From a virus: a stretch of DNA of 64,000 nt. Both the position numbers and the translations under genes were made by a program. This document shows positions 9,240 through 19,298 of the stretch, piece after piece; the stretch's first letter is position 1; each line of letters starts with the position of its first letter. The notes under the pieces are model-generated. The model made no database searches and was not told where the DNA came from. It saw nothing but the letters and a program-made list of their open reading frames with translations. Location of the stretch: IMG/VR virus record IMGVR_UViG_3300044957_000619; one strand, 5' to 3'.

Positions 9240-9280
9240 AGATAAATATACATTACTTTGAAATACCATTACACGTTTAT

Positions 9281-9568
9281 TCATTTTTTTGATACCGCTC
9301 TCCCAACCTGACGTTCCCAGTCTCTATCAGTACGTACTGAATTGTTCTTTTTAATAACGGAATCAATGATTGTGGAATCAACATTCAATGATTTTATTAA
9401 TGATTGTAATGCAGCAATATCTTTTGGAAAACAATGTCCTCCATATCCAAAATCACCATCTGGACCTGGAATAGACCAATGTGTATTACCTAATCGATCA
9501 TCATATCGAGCATATTCAATTACTTTATCATAATCAATATCTAATCCAATTATTCCTATTTTTTGCAT
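9281..9568 (-). pseudogene. ugd: internally deleted UDP-glucose/GDP-mannose 6-dehydrogenase
   Basis: Rossmann start MQKIGIIG fused directly to the C-terminal part LDIDYDKVIEYARYDDRLG...GYGGHCFPKD; NAD-binding domain absent. Confidence 0.75.
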
Positions 9569-10722
9569 ACTATTAAATCTTTTTGATATGTTTGTACATT
9601 CATTATTGTAATTTTAAGATTACCTAATTCAAACTGTTCTCCGGACTGCGTAAATTCTTCATGAAGATCAGATGCGTTTAATATTTCTGATAATTGTTGA
9701 ATATAGTTGAAATCTTGTTGAGAAAAACGAGAACCATCAATTTCAACTATGATATCATCATAATCATATCGATCTGCATCAGTTAATGAATGACACCGTT
9801 TTGTTAAATCATATAATGTTTTAGGTTGTTCTAATGTAATATATTTCATCCATTCTGCATCTGAATATATTCTATCACACCATGGTTCTAACAATGAAAG
9901 TAATTGTTGTGTACATTTTTCTGCACGAATTGCAACGTTATATTTAGGAAATATAATTGGATGCTGCCATTCGTCATTACGTATCCAACTACCCCATTTA
10001 CGAATATAATTTCGTCCTGCCTTTTCTGAAACTTGCTTGAAATAATCATCATCTTTACCAACTTCTTCAGTCCATCGATGTCCTCTGCAAGTTAAATGAT
10101 ATACAAATGCATCTCGGCTTTGAATTAATTCATATCCTGCTAAAATCCAACGTTGGAAAATATCCGAATCTTCATATGGAAATGGTGCAAACACCGGATC
10201 GTGTCCTCCTATTGCTTGAAAATCTTTTTTGTATAATATCCATGGTGCAAACATTCCTTTACTAGTTTGATTTTTAAATTCATTTTGAAGTTCTGCACAA
10301 TATGATTCAAATCCTAAAACATTTAATGTATCAAAATCTTGTCCAAAATCCATGATAATTTTTTCTTTTCCTGGTGGGTGTAGTGGTGGCTCGATACGAG
10401 TTGCACAGACAACTTTTCCAGGTTCTAAATGCTTTATCATATTCTCAATATAATTTGGGCCCAAAATCATATCAGCATGTAATATACCTACTATTTCGTT
10501 AGTAGCCATATCGATACCAGTATCATATAATATTGTATGACCTATACGTTCTTCGCTTCTAAATGAAATACATTCTTGTTGTTGAATCCATTCCCACGAC
10601 CCATCAGTCGACCCATCATCTAATAAAATAATTTCTGCTGCCGGAGCATGCTTTTTAATACTTGCGTACACATTCTTAAGATGCCGCAAATTGTTGTAAC
10701 TAGGAATTACTAATGTTATCAT
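9556..10722 (-). CDS. glycosyltransferase family 2 (GT-A)
   Basis: LVIPSYN, DDGSTDGS, HAD, EDSD motifs. Confidence 0.9.
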   Translation of the reverse strand: MITLVIPSYNNLRHLKNVYASIKKHAPAAEIILLDDGSTDGSWEWIQQQECISFRSEERIGHTILYDTGIDMATNEIVGILHADMILGPNYIENMIKHLEPGKVVCATRIEPPLHPPGKEKIIMDFGQDFDTLNVLGFESYCAELQNEFKNQTSKGMFAPWILYKKDFQAIGGHDPVFAPFPYEDSDIFQRWILAGYELIQSRDAFVYHLTCRGHRWTEEVGKDDDYFKQVSEKAGRNYIRKWGSWIRNDEWQHPIIFPKYNVAIRAEKCTQQLLSLLEPWCDRIYSDAEWMKYITLEQPKTLYDLTKRCHSLTDADRYDYDDIIVEIDGSRFSQQDFNYIQQLSEILNASDLHEEFTQSGEQFELGNLKITIMNVQTYQKDLIVCKK

Positions 10723-11408
10723 AATTTTTGAATTGTTAATGCCCATATAACATTGGGCGTGTGAATATTATATACCGAATAATACTTCGGATCATTGATT
10801 TCAGAACTCATTTCATCCCAATTTTGAAAATCAGCTGAATAATAAAATCGTTCGTTAGTTATTTGAAAACCATGTTTATTTAAAATTTGTTTAATTAATT
10901 CTTGTCGCCGATAATCATAGTATCGAAGAAATGGTTCTCCCGATTCTTCATAATTCATATACGGTCCAGCTGGTAATGTTATAATAAGTTTTGAATCTGC
11001 ATCCTTAAGTAGTTTACATGATTTTAATATTCCTCTAATATCATGATTCCAATAGCATACATCATCTTCTACTAATCCATCGGCCATTCTATTACCAGCA
11101 AACCAGAATCCAAAGTGCTCAAATACTGAAATTGAAATAATATAATCAAATTGACGAGTTTCATCAAATTTAATGAAATCGCATTGAACATGTTCCCAGT
11201 CCGTATTTTGTCTTAACCAATATTCTGGCAAAGATGGCATAATGTCTGTGGTAGATACATTTGTAAACCCCTTTTCATGTATAGTTTCTGAAATACCTTC
11301 GTGTCCGCCTTGACATTCTCCAATAATTAATACTGATTTTGAATTATCAGTTAACTGATCTGCAAAGTATGGAACTTCTACAATCTTTGTTCCTTTTAAT
11401 TGATTCAT
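10719..11408 (-). CDS. SAM-dependent methyltransferase
   Basis: VLIIG, FDYIISISVFEHFG, LIITLP. Confidence 0.7.
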   Translation of the reverse strand: MNQLKGTKIVEVPYFADQLTDNSKSVLIIGECQGGHEGISETIHEKGFTNVSTTDIMPSLPEYWLRQNTDWEHVQCDFIKFDETRQFDYIISISVFEHFGFWFAGNRMADGLVEDDVCYWNHDIRGILKSCKLLKDADSKLIITLPAGPYMNYEESGEPFLRYYDYRRQELIKQILNKHGFQITNERFYYSADFQNWDEMSSEINDPKYYSVYNIHTPNVIWALTIQKL

Positions 11409-12127
11409 ATTGTATAATTTTCTCCGTAATTTCTTAATTTGAAATATAAATCTTTATATGTAGAATTAAGAAAATAATTGTACATTCCATGTTCAGCTCG
11501 TTGACAAAATTCAGATACGCCAATATTGATTTTATTTTCTTTAAAGGTCAATGAATTCATGTGAGCAATTGTATTATTATCTGATACTATAGTTTTTAAT
11601 CCTAAAGAATCTGCAATGCATCCGGCATAAAAATCTAAGCCCCATCCATGTATTAACTCTGCAGGAAATTGCTGGATTTGTTCTAAAATATCTCTTCGAA
11701 GTAATGGAGCTTGGAAATCTATCCAACTAACTTCTCGCAAACTCTTTCCCCAATTCCACATTTGTTTCCAATGGCATTGTTCGATTGATGCATTGATAAC
11801 AGTTGCAGAATATACTGCAGCATCTGATTCTCGTGCTTCTCGCAATGACGTAGTTAAAAATGCAGGACCATGAAATACTAAATCGTTGTTTAAAAAATAT
11901 AAGTATTCATGTTTTGTTTGTAAAAAATAATCAAGTACTACATTAAATCCGCCGCCAAAGTATACATTTTCTTCTAGACGATGAGTAGTTGATTGTGCTA
12001 AAGATTCTGTTGATCCATTGTCTACAACCATTAATTCGCAATTAGAAAATAATGGGTCTCGCTGTAGTTGCGTAATTAAATTATCTGTCCAAATTGGCAG
12101 ATTATGATTAAGTGTTGCTATTAACAT
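11405..12127 (-). CDS. glycosyltransferase family 2
   Basis: VVDNGS, NVYFGGGFN, FLNNDL, GWGLD; likely start MLIATLNHN. Confidence 0.85.
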   Translation of the reverse strand: MLIATLNHNLPIWTDNLITQLQRDPLFSNCELMVVDNGSTESLAQSTTHRLEENVYFGGGFNVVLDYFLQTKHEYLYFLNNDLVFHGPAFLTTSLREARESDAAVYSATVINASIEQCHWKQMWNWGKSLREVSWIDFQAPLLRRDILEQIQQFPAELIHGWGLDFYAGCIADSLGLKTIVSDNNTIAHMNSLTFKENKINIGVSEFCQRAEHGMYNYFLNSTYKDLYFKLRNYGENYTI

Positions 12128-12953
12128 ATGGCGGACGTTCCTGTTGAAAAATAAAATTTGTTTTAAATAAATTAAGATATTTTTTATAGTTTTCCAAATT
12201 ATTTGAGTTAATCCATCGTTCAATATATGGATGTAAATCATTAAATGAACAACTAAATCGATTTTCTAAATATGGAAAATAACCAGATCTAGAAACTATA
12301 AACGGAAATATGCCCTCAAAATAATATCGATCTAATTTGTTAGTAAACCAATTAGGCGAAATTAATTTAAAAAAATTCTTAATTGGTTTATTATTTATTA
12401 CATAAATTGTATGAATATAAAAAAAGTTTGCATGAGTACATGGTAGTTGATTAGACAAAATATTTGACATTAAATTGATTTCGCAATCTGTATTTTCATA
12501 GTTAATATGCGATTCATATTCTAACCCTAACATTCCATATGAGCCGATATCATTATTTGAATTAATAAATGTTTCTACATCGGTAGATTTTGATAACAAA
12601 TTATCAATATACCATTCGCGCAAATAATCGCTATGCGAATTAACACCGCTTTTAGTATGAATGAACCAATAATTTTCATATTCTTTTTTTGATTCATATA
12701 AATGTTTTAATGCAATCTGATATGCAGATGCATCACTTAAAGAATATAATTCGGGCAAACATCGATCCATGGATATAACGTTAATGTTATACGTACGAAT
12801 AATATCTTCAACGCATGATAAACTAACATGATTGATGCCTATGAAGATATCATAATTGCTAAATTTAGATTCAAAAATTTGTAAAAATCTATGCAATACA
12901 AATAAACGATCTTCCGTTAGTATAGTGCAAGAAAAAATTACGCAACTTTTCAT
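12108..12953 (-). CDS. putative glycosyltransferase (RgpF/rhamnan-synthesis-like)
   Basis: WFIHTKSG and RYYFE motifs, inside the GT cluster. Confidence 0.55.
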   Translation of the reverse strand: MKSCVIFSCTILTEDRLFVLHRFLQIFESKFSNYDIFIGINHVSLSCVEDIIRTYNINVISMDRCLPELYSLSDASAYQIALKHLYESKKEYENYWFIHTKSGVNSHSDYLREWYIDNLLSKSTDVETFINSNNDIGSYGMLGLEYESHINYENTDCEINLMSNILSNQLPCTHANFFYIHTIYVINNKPIKNFFKLISPNWFTNKLDRYYFEGIFPFIVSRSGYFPYLENRFSCSFNDLHPYIERWINSNNLENYKKYLNLFKTNFIFQQERPPYVNSNT

Positions 12954-13567
12954 TTTTTAATAATAAATGCTATTGGTGAAACGTTACCCATTTCGATATT
13001 CAACTGTGCAATATTGTCATTAAGATATTGCATTTCATAATCAGTCATACAATTACTTTGAATTTGTTTTGTTTTATTAAAATCATATAGCATTGCTAAC
13101 GTATCAGTGTCGCCCGTTCTAGTGTAATTAGAATTACCTGATGTATGTAAATCTTCAATAACAAAGATACCGCCAGGTTTTAAATATTTAAACATTGTTG
13201 CTAATGTAATTTGCTGTTGATGCATCCAATGCCCGCCGTCATCGATAATAATATCATATTCATTAAACGTTTTTGATACTAGAAATTCCAATTGTTTTCG
13301 ATCTGACTGATCGCATATATGAATTTGGGTATTTGGTAACTGAATATGGGATAAATCTAAAATATCAACGCCAACTAAACAACCCGTTTCAAAATAATCT
13401 CGCCACATTCGAATGCTTTCGCCTTCCCATAGTCCAATTTCTAAAAAAGTTTTTAATGAGTTTCTATATTTAGAAAAGTATTTTTCATAAATTTGTAAAT
13501 AATTATGATATACATTGCCTTTATCGCTACGATAGTTTTTACTAATTTCTTCTAAATTTTGTTTCAT
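12950..13567 (-). CDS. SAM-dependent sugar O-methyltransferase (MycE-like)
   Basis: SDK...HNY, LEIG, DIIIDDGGH, LKPGGIFVIED. Confidence 0.8.
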   Translation of the reverse strand: MKQNLEEISKNYRSDKGNVYHNYLQIYEKYFSKYRNSLKTFLEIGLWEGESIRMWRDYFETGCLVGVDILDLSHIQLPNTQIHICDQSDRKQLEFLVSKTFNEYDIIIDDGGHWMHQQQITLATMFKYLKPGGIFVIEDLHTSGNSNYTRTGDTDTLAMLYDFNKTKQIQSNCMTDYEMQYLNDNIAQLNIEMGNVSPIAFIIKK

Positions 13568-13571
13568 AAGT

Positions 13572-14357
13572 TTATTCCATAAATTGATATATTGATTGCA
13601 TACCTATACCCAAGTATAGTTTTGCAATTTTAGTTAGATCATATCCAAACTTTACATCATAATCATATTGATTCGGATAATGATAATTTTTAAATAAAGG
13701 ACCGCGCGGTATTAATCGAATTATTTGACTATGAAATAACCATTCCCCATACCAAGTAAATTCAGATCCATTTACTTGAATTAAATCACTAAATTTTAAT
13801 TCATTTGGTTGAATATATTCAGTTTCTAAATTTTGCCAAACTTTAGAAGACCATATGGTGGGGCCTGGGCCAAAATCATAGACGGCGCCGCTCCTACCAA
13901 ATAATTCCATAATTTGTAATCGTTCTTGAAGAAATGATTGGTATGGATCAAACCCTATAGGATGTTTGTCTAGAAATTCAAAAAATGATTTATATTCATG
14001 ACAAATCGTATATGGTGTTTCATTGTCAAACATAAAATCATTAACATAAAATGGTTTTATAAAAAAACAATCTGAATCTATGCATACATAATTTTCGCAA
14101 AGGCCTAACTTCCAAAATTGACTTTTAACAATTTGTTGTCCTTTCCAACCATCATTATTAGAGTCAATTGATTCATCTTCTATTAGTTCATAACCCGTAG
14201 TTCCCAATACCCGTTTAAATAAGTTAATATCTTTTTGTGGCACTGAAATAAAAAATGGTATTTGATCTACGTTAAATTTTATAACGCTATCTAATAGCTT
14301 TTTAGCTATATGTACATCTTTATCATAGCTTTTACAATATAAAACTATTTTATGCAT
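13572..14357 (-). CDS. putative GT-A fold glycosyltransferase (DUF6492-like)
   Basis: GWKGQQIVK, CIDSD (DxD), SEFTWYG. Confidence 0.6.
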   Translation of the reverse strand: MHKIVLYCKSYDKDVHIAKKLLDSVIKFNVDQIPFFISVPQKDINLFKRVLGTTGYELIEDESIDSNNDGWKGQQIVKSQFWKLGLCENYVCIDSDCFFIKPFYVNDFMFDNETPYTICHEYKSFFEFLDKHPIGFDPYQSFLQERLQIMELFGRSGAVYDFGPGPTIWSSKVWQNLETEYIQPNELKFSDLIQVNGSEFTWYGEWLFHSQIIRLIPRGPLFKNYHYPNQYDYDVKFGYDLTKIAKLYLGIGMQSIYQFME

Positions 14358-14982
14358 ACAATGTAACTATTTTATATGATTCAACCAAGCCTTGTCCTTT
14401 TTTCATACATTGAAAATTACTATGAAATCCATCCAATACAAAATCTCCAAAATATTCATGATGAATTTGTGATTTAAATTCATGTAACATTTTTTTCTTA
14501 ATATAATAAAAATCTCCCAAAGAAACAAATAAATTAGGAGTCCACTTATCTAACGTTGATGGAGATTTATATTGAATTATACTATACGGAGTTACTCGTG
14601 CCAATGGCGCGGCAAATGAAGAAATTAATACATGTTCAAAATGACTATCAAATTGCGTAGTAGTCATAATGCAATCATAGTGATATTTTTTTGTAAAATT
14701 TGTTTCTATATAATTTATCCATTCGTCGACACCGCGTTCTTTCAAATATTTAACATCGCTAAAATATAAATTACAATTTTTAGAATTTGTTACCGACCAT
14801 GCATTTTTTACCTCTTGAATACGCGAAGGTCCAGATGATGTATCACAATCTCCCCCTTGTGTTAAGCATAGTATATCGAATTCTGTATCTGCATGTTTAA
14901 GAATAACCCCTGCCATACTATATTCAGTATCATCCGGATGCGGACTTAAACATAATACTCTATTAAAATTTAAAAATTTCAT
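14350..14982 (-). CDS. PIG-L/LmbE family N-deacetylase
   Basis: SPHPDD and DSHFEH metal-binding motifs. Confidence 0.85.
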   Translation of the reverse strand: MKFLNFNRVLCLSPHPDDTEYSMAGVILKHADTEFDILCLTQGGDCDTSSGPSRIQEVKNAWSVTNSKNCNLYFSDVKYLKERGVDEWINYIETNFTKKYHYDCIMTTTQFDSHFEHVLISSFAAPLARVTPYSIIQYKSPSTLDKWTPNLFVSLGDFYYIKKKMLHEFKSQIHHEYFGDFVLDGFHSNFQCMKKGQGLVESYKIVTLYA

Positions 14983-15830
14983 TTACGTGTTAAATTAAAT
15001 TTAAAACCATGTGGTACATATACTCTAATACCATATCTTCTAGCAAAGTCTCTAAATGCATCTGTTACTACATCGTGCACGCCGGTATAACTAAAATCAT
15101 CTACATTTATTTGTAAATCATTCAAATATAAATATGGATATTGTGCATTAATGGTAAAATTTGGAACTTCGTAATATGACATCAAATCTTTAAAATCTGA
15201 TATCAAACCTTCTAACATTTGAATTTTTTCTTCTAATGTTGGTTCAGTTACATGTTTAATTAATTTAGCAGGAGACCCAGCATAAATAGCCTTAGATTCT
15301 AATAAAGATTTAGTTATTGTCGAATGCGAACCAATTACTACATTATCAGCAATATCAACGCCGCTCATTATAACTGTTTTCCATCCTACGATGACATTGT
15401 TACCAATATTAATTTCTTTAAACACTCTAGGATATCCTTCTAAAATAGAATACCAAAATCCATGAGTAATTAAATCAACATCATGTGATAATCCAACATC
15501 ATTTCCTATAGTTACAGGATTAGCTAAATTTATATGGCCAGTATGGCAAACCATTCTATCACCAATGTGTAATTTAGCATATGGAAAGTTAGAGCCGCCG
15601 CCGCCAATAATCATACCGCGAGAATCAGTAGGTCCGTTGTAAAAATACTCTCCAATAAATATTTCTTCTGCATTTGCTGTAAATCGGTCTCCAATAATAC
15701 TATTATCACCTACTTTGAATTTTCCCTTGCAAGTAATTTTTACATCTTTTCCGAATTTGACATTATTACCAATTTCTAATTCATCTGCAACAATGTGCAC
15801 ATTTTTAAATAAATTTTTATATTCTTGCAT
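14979..15830 (-). CDS. hexapeptide-repeat (LbH) acyltransferase
   Basis: IGNNV/IGDNS repeats, GVDIADNVVIG, YAGSPAK. Confidence 0.85.
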   Translation of the reverse strand: MQEYKNLFKNVHIVADELEIGNNVKFGKDVKITCKGKFKVGDNSIIGDRFTANAEEIFIGEYFYNGPTDSRGMIIGGGGSNFPYAKLHIGDRMVCHTGHINLANPVTIGNDVGLSHDVDLITHGFWYSILEGYPRVFKEINIGNNVIVGWKTVIMSGVDIADNVVIGSHSTITKSLLESKAIYAGSPAKLIKHVTEPTLEEKIQMLEGLISDFKDLMSYYEVPNFTINAQYPYLYLNDLQINVDDFSYTGVHDVVTDAFRDFARRYGIRVYVPHGFKFNLTRK

Positions 15831-16477
15831 TAAATTATTCCTCCGCTGATATTAATATTTTGCCCTGTCATATAACCAGTTTCAATCAAATATTCAATAG
15901 TATTATATAATTCTATTATCATACCCCAACGCTTTGCTGGAATGTTATTTTTTATAGTATCCCTAAATGCTTCGGGTATTTTATATGTTAATCCGCCATC
16001 AAAGTATCCTAATTGTAAACTATTACAATTGATATTCTTGCTTGCATTTTCTAGTGCTACAGTTTTTGTAAAACTATCAACAAACCCTTTACAACCAGAG
16101 TATATTCCAGTACTAATAACAGGATGATCTGCTAATACTGATGAAACTAGTATAATACGACCATATTGTTGTTCTCGCATTGTATGTAAACAATTGGCTA
16201 CAACATTTATAGTACCTTTTACATTTATATCAATTTGTTTATTAATCTGTTCTAATGTAGATTCATTAATTTTATGAGCAAATGCATCATGATTGAATCC
16301 GCTTAAATTAATAACAATATCAACGTGATTTGATTCAAAAAATGATTTAACTTGTTGAAAATTAGAAACATCTACATCTGCAGATCTAATGCTTAATACA
16401 TTGTATTTTTTTTGTAGTAGTGGAAATAGTTGACTGCCTAAGCCACCACCGCCACCAAAAAGAGCTATTGTTTTCAT
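15830..16477 (-). CDS. short-chain dehydrogenase/reductase (FabG-like)
   Basis: GGGGGLG, VSS, YSGCK catalytic motif, TGQNINISGG. Confidence 0.85.
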   Translation of the reverse strand: MKTIALFGGGGGLGSQLFPLLQKKYNVLSIRSADVDVSNFQQVKSFFESNHVDIVINLSGFNHDAFAHKINESTLEQINKQIDINVKGTINVVANCLHTMREQQYGRIILVSSVLADHPVISTGIYSGCKGFVDSFTKTVALENASKNINCNSLQLGYFDGGLTYKIPEAFRDTIKNNIPAKRWGMIIELYNTIEYLIETGYMTGQNINISGGII

Positions 16478-17139
16478 CGTTTTCCTATAAAAATTTCTTG
16501 CGTATCTGCAGCTTCATTAAGTACATATTCATTGCCAAAATATTCTCGCAAATCATTAAAATATTTTGTTTTATCATGAAAAAATAATCCATGTAAGCTA
16601 ATATGCATATTGACATTAATAATTTTCCAAAATGGATCTTTTAATAGTTCACATTCGTAACCTTCGATATCAATTTTAATAACCGATACATCATTATCTG
16701 TTAAATTATATTTTTCAAATATTTGTTGAATTGATATAGTATTACACTCTATAGAATTATCTAATTTTGTAAAGCTACTAACACCGCCGCCTAATTCGGC
16801 AGCACCGATACTTATTTTTGGTTCAGCTGACACAGCTACATTTTCGCAAATTATGTTATCAAACATGTTTGATTCTACATTTTGAATCAAATATTGATAT
16901 GCATATGGGTCTGGCTCGAAACATAAACATTGTTTAGAATATTTTTGTGCTACTAACGATATAGGACCTTGCCATGCACCAATATCTATAAATGTTTTAT
17001 CTTTGCTTAGATGCGGTAGTATTACATCAAACGTTTGATTTTCCCAATGTGTTGGATAGATATGTGTCCAAAAATTATCTAATTCTGCGGTTGAGTTATT
17101 TACTACAAAATCAACGCCGCCTTTATTTAAATGTATCAT
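16474..17139 (-). CDS. FkbM family methyltransferase
   Basis: FIDIGAWQG, FEP, IKIDIEGYE. Confidence 0.85.
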   Translation of the reverse strand: MIHLNKGGVDFVVNNSTAELDNFWTHIYPTHWENQTFDVILPHLSKDKTFIDIGAWQGPISLVAQKYSKQCLCFEPDPYAYQYLIQNVESNMFDNIICENVAVSAEPKISIGAAELGGGVSSFTKLDNSIECNTISIQQIFEKYNLTDNDVSVIKIDIEGYECELLKDPFWKIINVNMHISLHGLFFHDKTKYFNDLREYFGNEYVLNEAADTQEIFIGKR

Positions 17140-17825
17140 TTTACCTCTACTTTACTTGACCAGTTACTACTATGTTTATTCATGTTTGTTAAATAATATT
17201 TTTCATCATCCGGCAATGCATCTGGATTATAATAAAACGGTGCATGTTTTACAATATATGGATCTCCCGCGCGTAATGTATCATCACTCCATGTTGGTAT
17301 TGTACCCGGGGCATGAACTGCAAACGTCGTATCTATAGGATGCGGATATAGTTCTACGTTACCATCAATAATGCCATTTGTCCAATATGTTGATTCATAA
17401 CTATGTACCCAAGCATTTAACGGATATGATAGATCCAAATCATCAATTTTTATTGACATTCCTACTTTAGATTTATTATGACGTATTGCATAATCAATTA
17501 AATCATTAATAAAATTTTCAGGAACCGTATCTAATGGTATTATATCACTATCATTAAACACAAACCATTGTGATGTTATTTCTAAAAACTTAGGATGCCC
17601 CATTAATACCAAATCTCGAAATGCATGACACGAATTATCAGTAATATCATTATAAAATACATCGATATTTGATTGAGAATACCATTCTAATAAAGGTTGG
17701 TATGATGATTGATTATCAATTATTGTTATATTATGATAACCTTTTTTCTGTAAAATCGTAACTTGATCAATTAATGGATATAGCCTATCTCGATTCAATA
17801 TTACAATTGGTATGTTTTTATTCAT
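17136..17825 (-). CDS. GT-A fold glycosyltransferase-like protein
   Basis: NRDR, IIDNQSSY, NDSD, PIDTTFA. Confidence 0.7.
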   Translation of the reverse strand: MNKNIPIVILNRDRLYPLIDQVTILQKKGYHNITIIDNQSSYQPLLEWYSQSNIDVFYNDITDNSCHAFRDLVLMGHPKFLEITSQWFVFNDSDIIPLDTVPENFINDLIDYAIRHNKSKVGMSIKIDDLDLSYPLNAWVHSYESTYWTNGIIDGNVELYPHPIDTTFAVHAPGTIPTWSDDTLRAGDPYIVKHAPFYYNPDALPDDEKYYLTNMNKHSSNWSSKVEVK

Positions 17826-18682
17826 TGTTTAATTCCTTGTATCATTCCATATTCATCAAATTGAGGCATTCCACCCCATTTGCTTAACCATTTTTTTATA
17901 TTTTCTTGTTCAGCTCGTATTTGTCTAGAATCCGATTTACCATTGTTTTCTTCTAAACGGTGTGACCCGCGGGCTCCAAAATGCCAAACTAATGAATTTG
18001 TAGGTAATATAAATTTTATATCATGTTTCAACATTCGAAGAAACAAATCCATATCATCCCACGATGTAGGAGCAAATAATGGATCGTTACCGCCTACTTC
18101 ATCCCAAACTGATTTTTTTACTAATCCCGATACACCTTCGCCTTTAGGAATTTCAATATCTTTATTTAATCGAATAAAATCCTCAGCCCATTCATCAAAA
18201 TAATTAGTATCAAAATCATCATGATATGCACCAAATAATTCTTTAGGTACTATCGCAGTTCCTGGTCGTTGTGTTGGATTATTAAACATATCAGGTTCGA
18301 CTCTATGTGAGTTCACCCAAAGTTTTTCATTTGGATATTTTTCATGAATATCCATTAATGCTTTATCCCAATCTTTAGTTACATAAAAATCAGAATGAAG
18401 AAACATTATATACTCAGTTTCAACATGGTCGGCACATATGTTCATGCCCCCACCAATACCTCGAACATCGATGTTTTTAGGTTCAATGATTAAAGTTAAA
18501 TTGTATTTATTTTGATTTTTTTGTAACCATTCATTTGTACCATCTGTACAATTTTCAGCGTGAATGATAAATGGTGCGTTTTTGTAATAGCTATTTTTTC
18601 TAACAGATTCAATTGCTATCTTAAGATAGTGCAAATTATTCCATGTAGAAATACAAAATGTAATAGGATTAGAGTGTATCAT
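17822..18682 (-). CDS. glycosyltransferase family 2
   Basis: ISTWNN, ENCTDGT, HSD, WDDMDLF. Confidence 0.85.
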   Translation of the reverse strand: MIHSNPITFCISTWNNLHYLKIAIESVRKNSYYKNAPFIIHAENCTDGTNEWLQKNQNKYNLTLIIEPKNIDVRGIGGGMNICADHVETEYIMFLHSDFYVTKDWDKALMDIHEKYPNEKLWVNSHRVEPDMFNNPTQRPGTAIVPKELFGAYHDDFDTNYFDEWAEDFIRLNKDIEIPKGEGVSGLVKKSVWDEVGGNDPLFAPTSWDDMDLFLRMLKHDIKFILPTNSLVWHFGARGSHRLEENNGKSDSRQIRAEQENIKKWLSKWGGMPQFDEYGMIQGIKQ

Positions 18683-19298
18683 AATATGCATTTTGTTTGA
18701 TTTGTCGATCTATTGTTTTTGGATGATATAAAGAATATTCTTCTTGCATTGGTAAAGTTGCATATTTCGTAAAACCTTGCAATACTTCATGCACTTTATT
18801 TTTCCACATAATGTTATCATCATTACGATAAATTCTCCATTGATAATCTGGCCAATTAATCCACCCATGTTCGTTAACATTCCAGCCCCATTGTTGCATA
18901 TGATCTTGATTCATACCTTCTACAGTATTTATTCTAGGTACTAACATAACATCTACCGTAGGATTTGTTTCTAATATGCTTGGTAGTTGCATTATCAAAG
19001 TTTCGTTTGGTACTTCATCTGCATCAATTTGAAAAATAAAATTGCCAAAACAATACTGCGTTAATTTATTTTTCCATTCAGCAAAATGACTTTGAAATTT
19101 ATCCTGCCAAATAGTTATATGATTATCATAATGACGTTCATAATGTTTCAGCGTTGATATCATCTCATCATCTGCTTTTGTTATATCTAACAATACAACA
19201 ATTTCATCATTTTCTTGTTTATGTTTAAGTAAGAAATCAAGTAAACGCTGTATTTCTTTTAATTCGTTACAGACTGTTATAGCATAACTTATTTTCAT
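18669..19298 (-). CDS. glycosyltransferase family 2
   Basis: ISYAITVCNE, QIDADE, WPDYQWR, VHE. Confidence 0.85.
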   Translation of the reverse strand: MKISYAITVCNELKEIQRLLDFLLKHKQENDEIVVLLDITKADDEMISTLKHYERHYDNHITIWQDKFQSHFAEWKNKLTQYCFGNFIFQIDADEVPNETLIMQLPSILETNPTVDVMLVPRINTVEGMNQDHMQQWGWNVNEHGWINWPDYQWRIYRNDDNIMWKNKVHEVLQGFTKYATLPMQEEYSLYHPKTIDRQIKQNAYYDTL

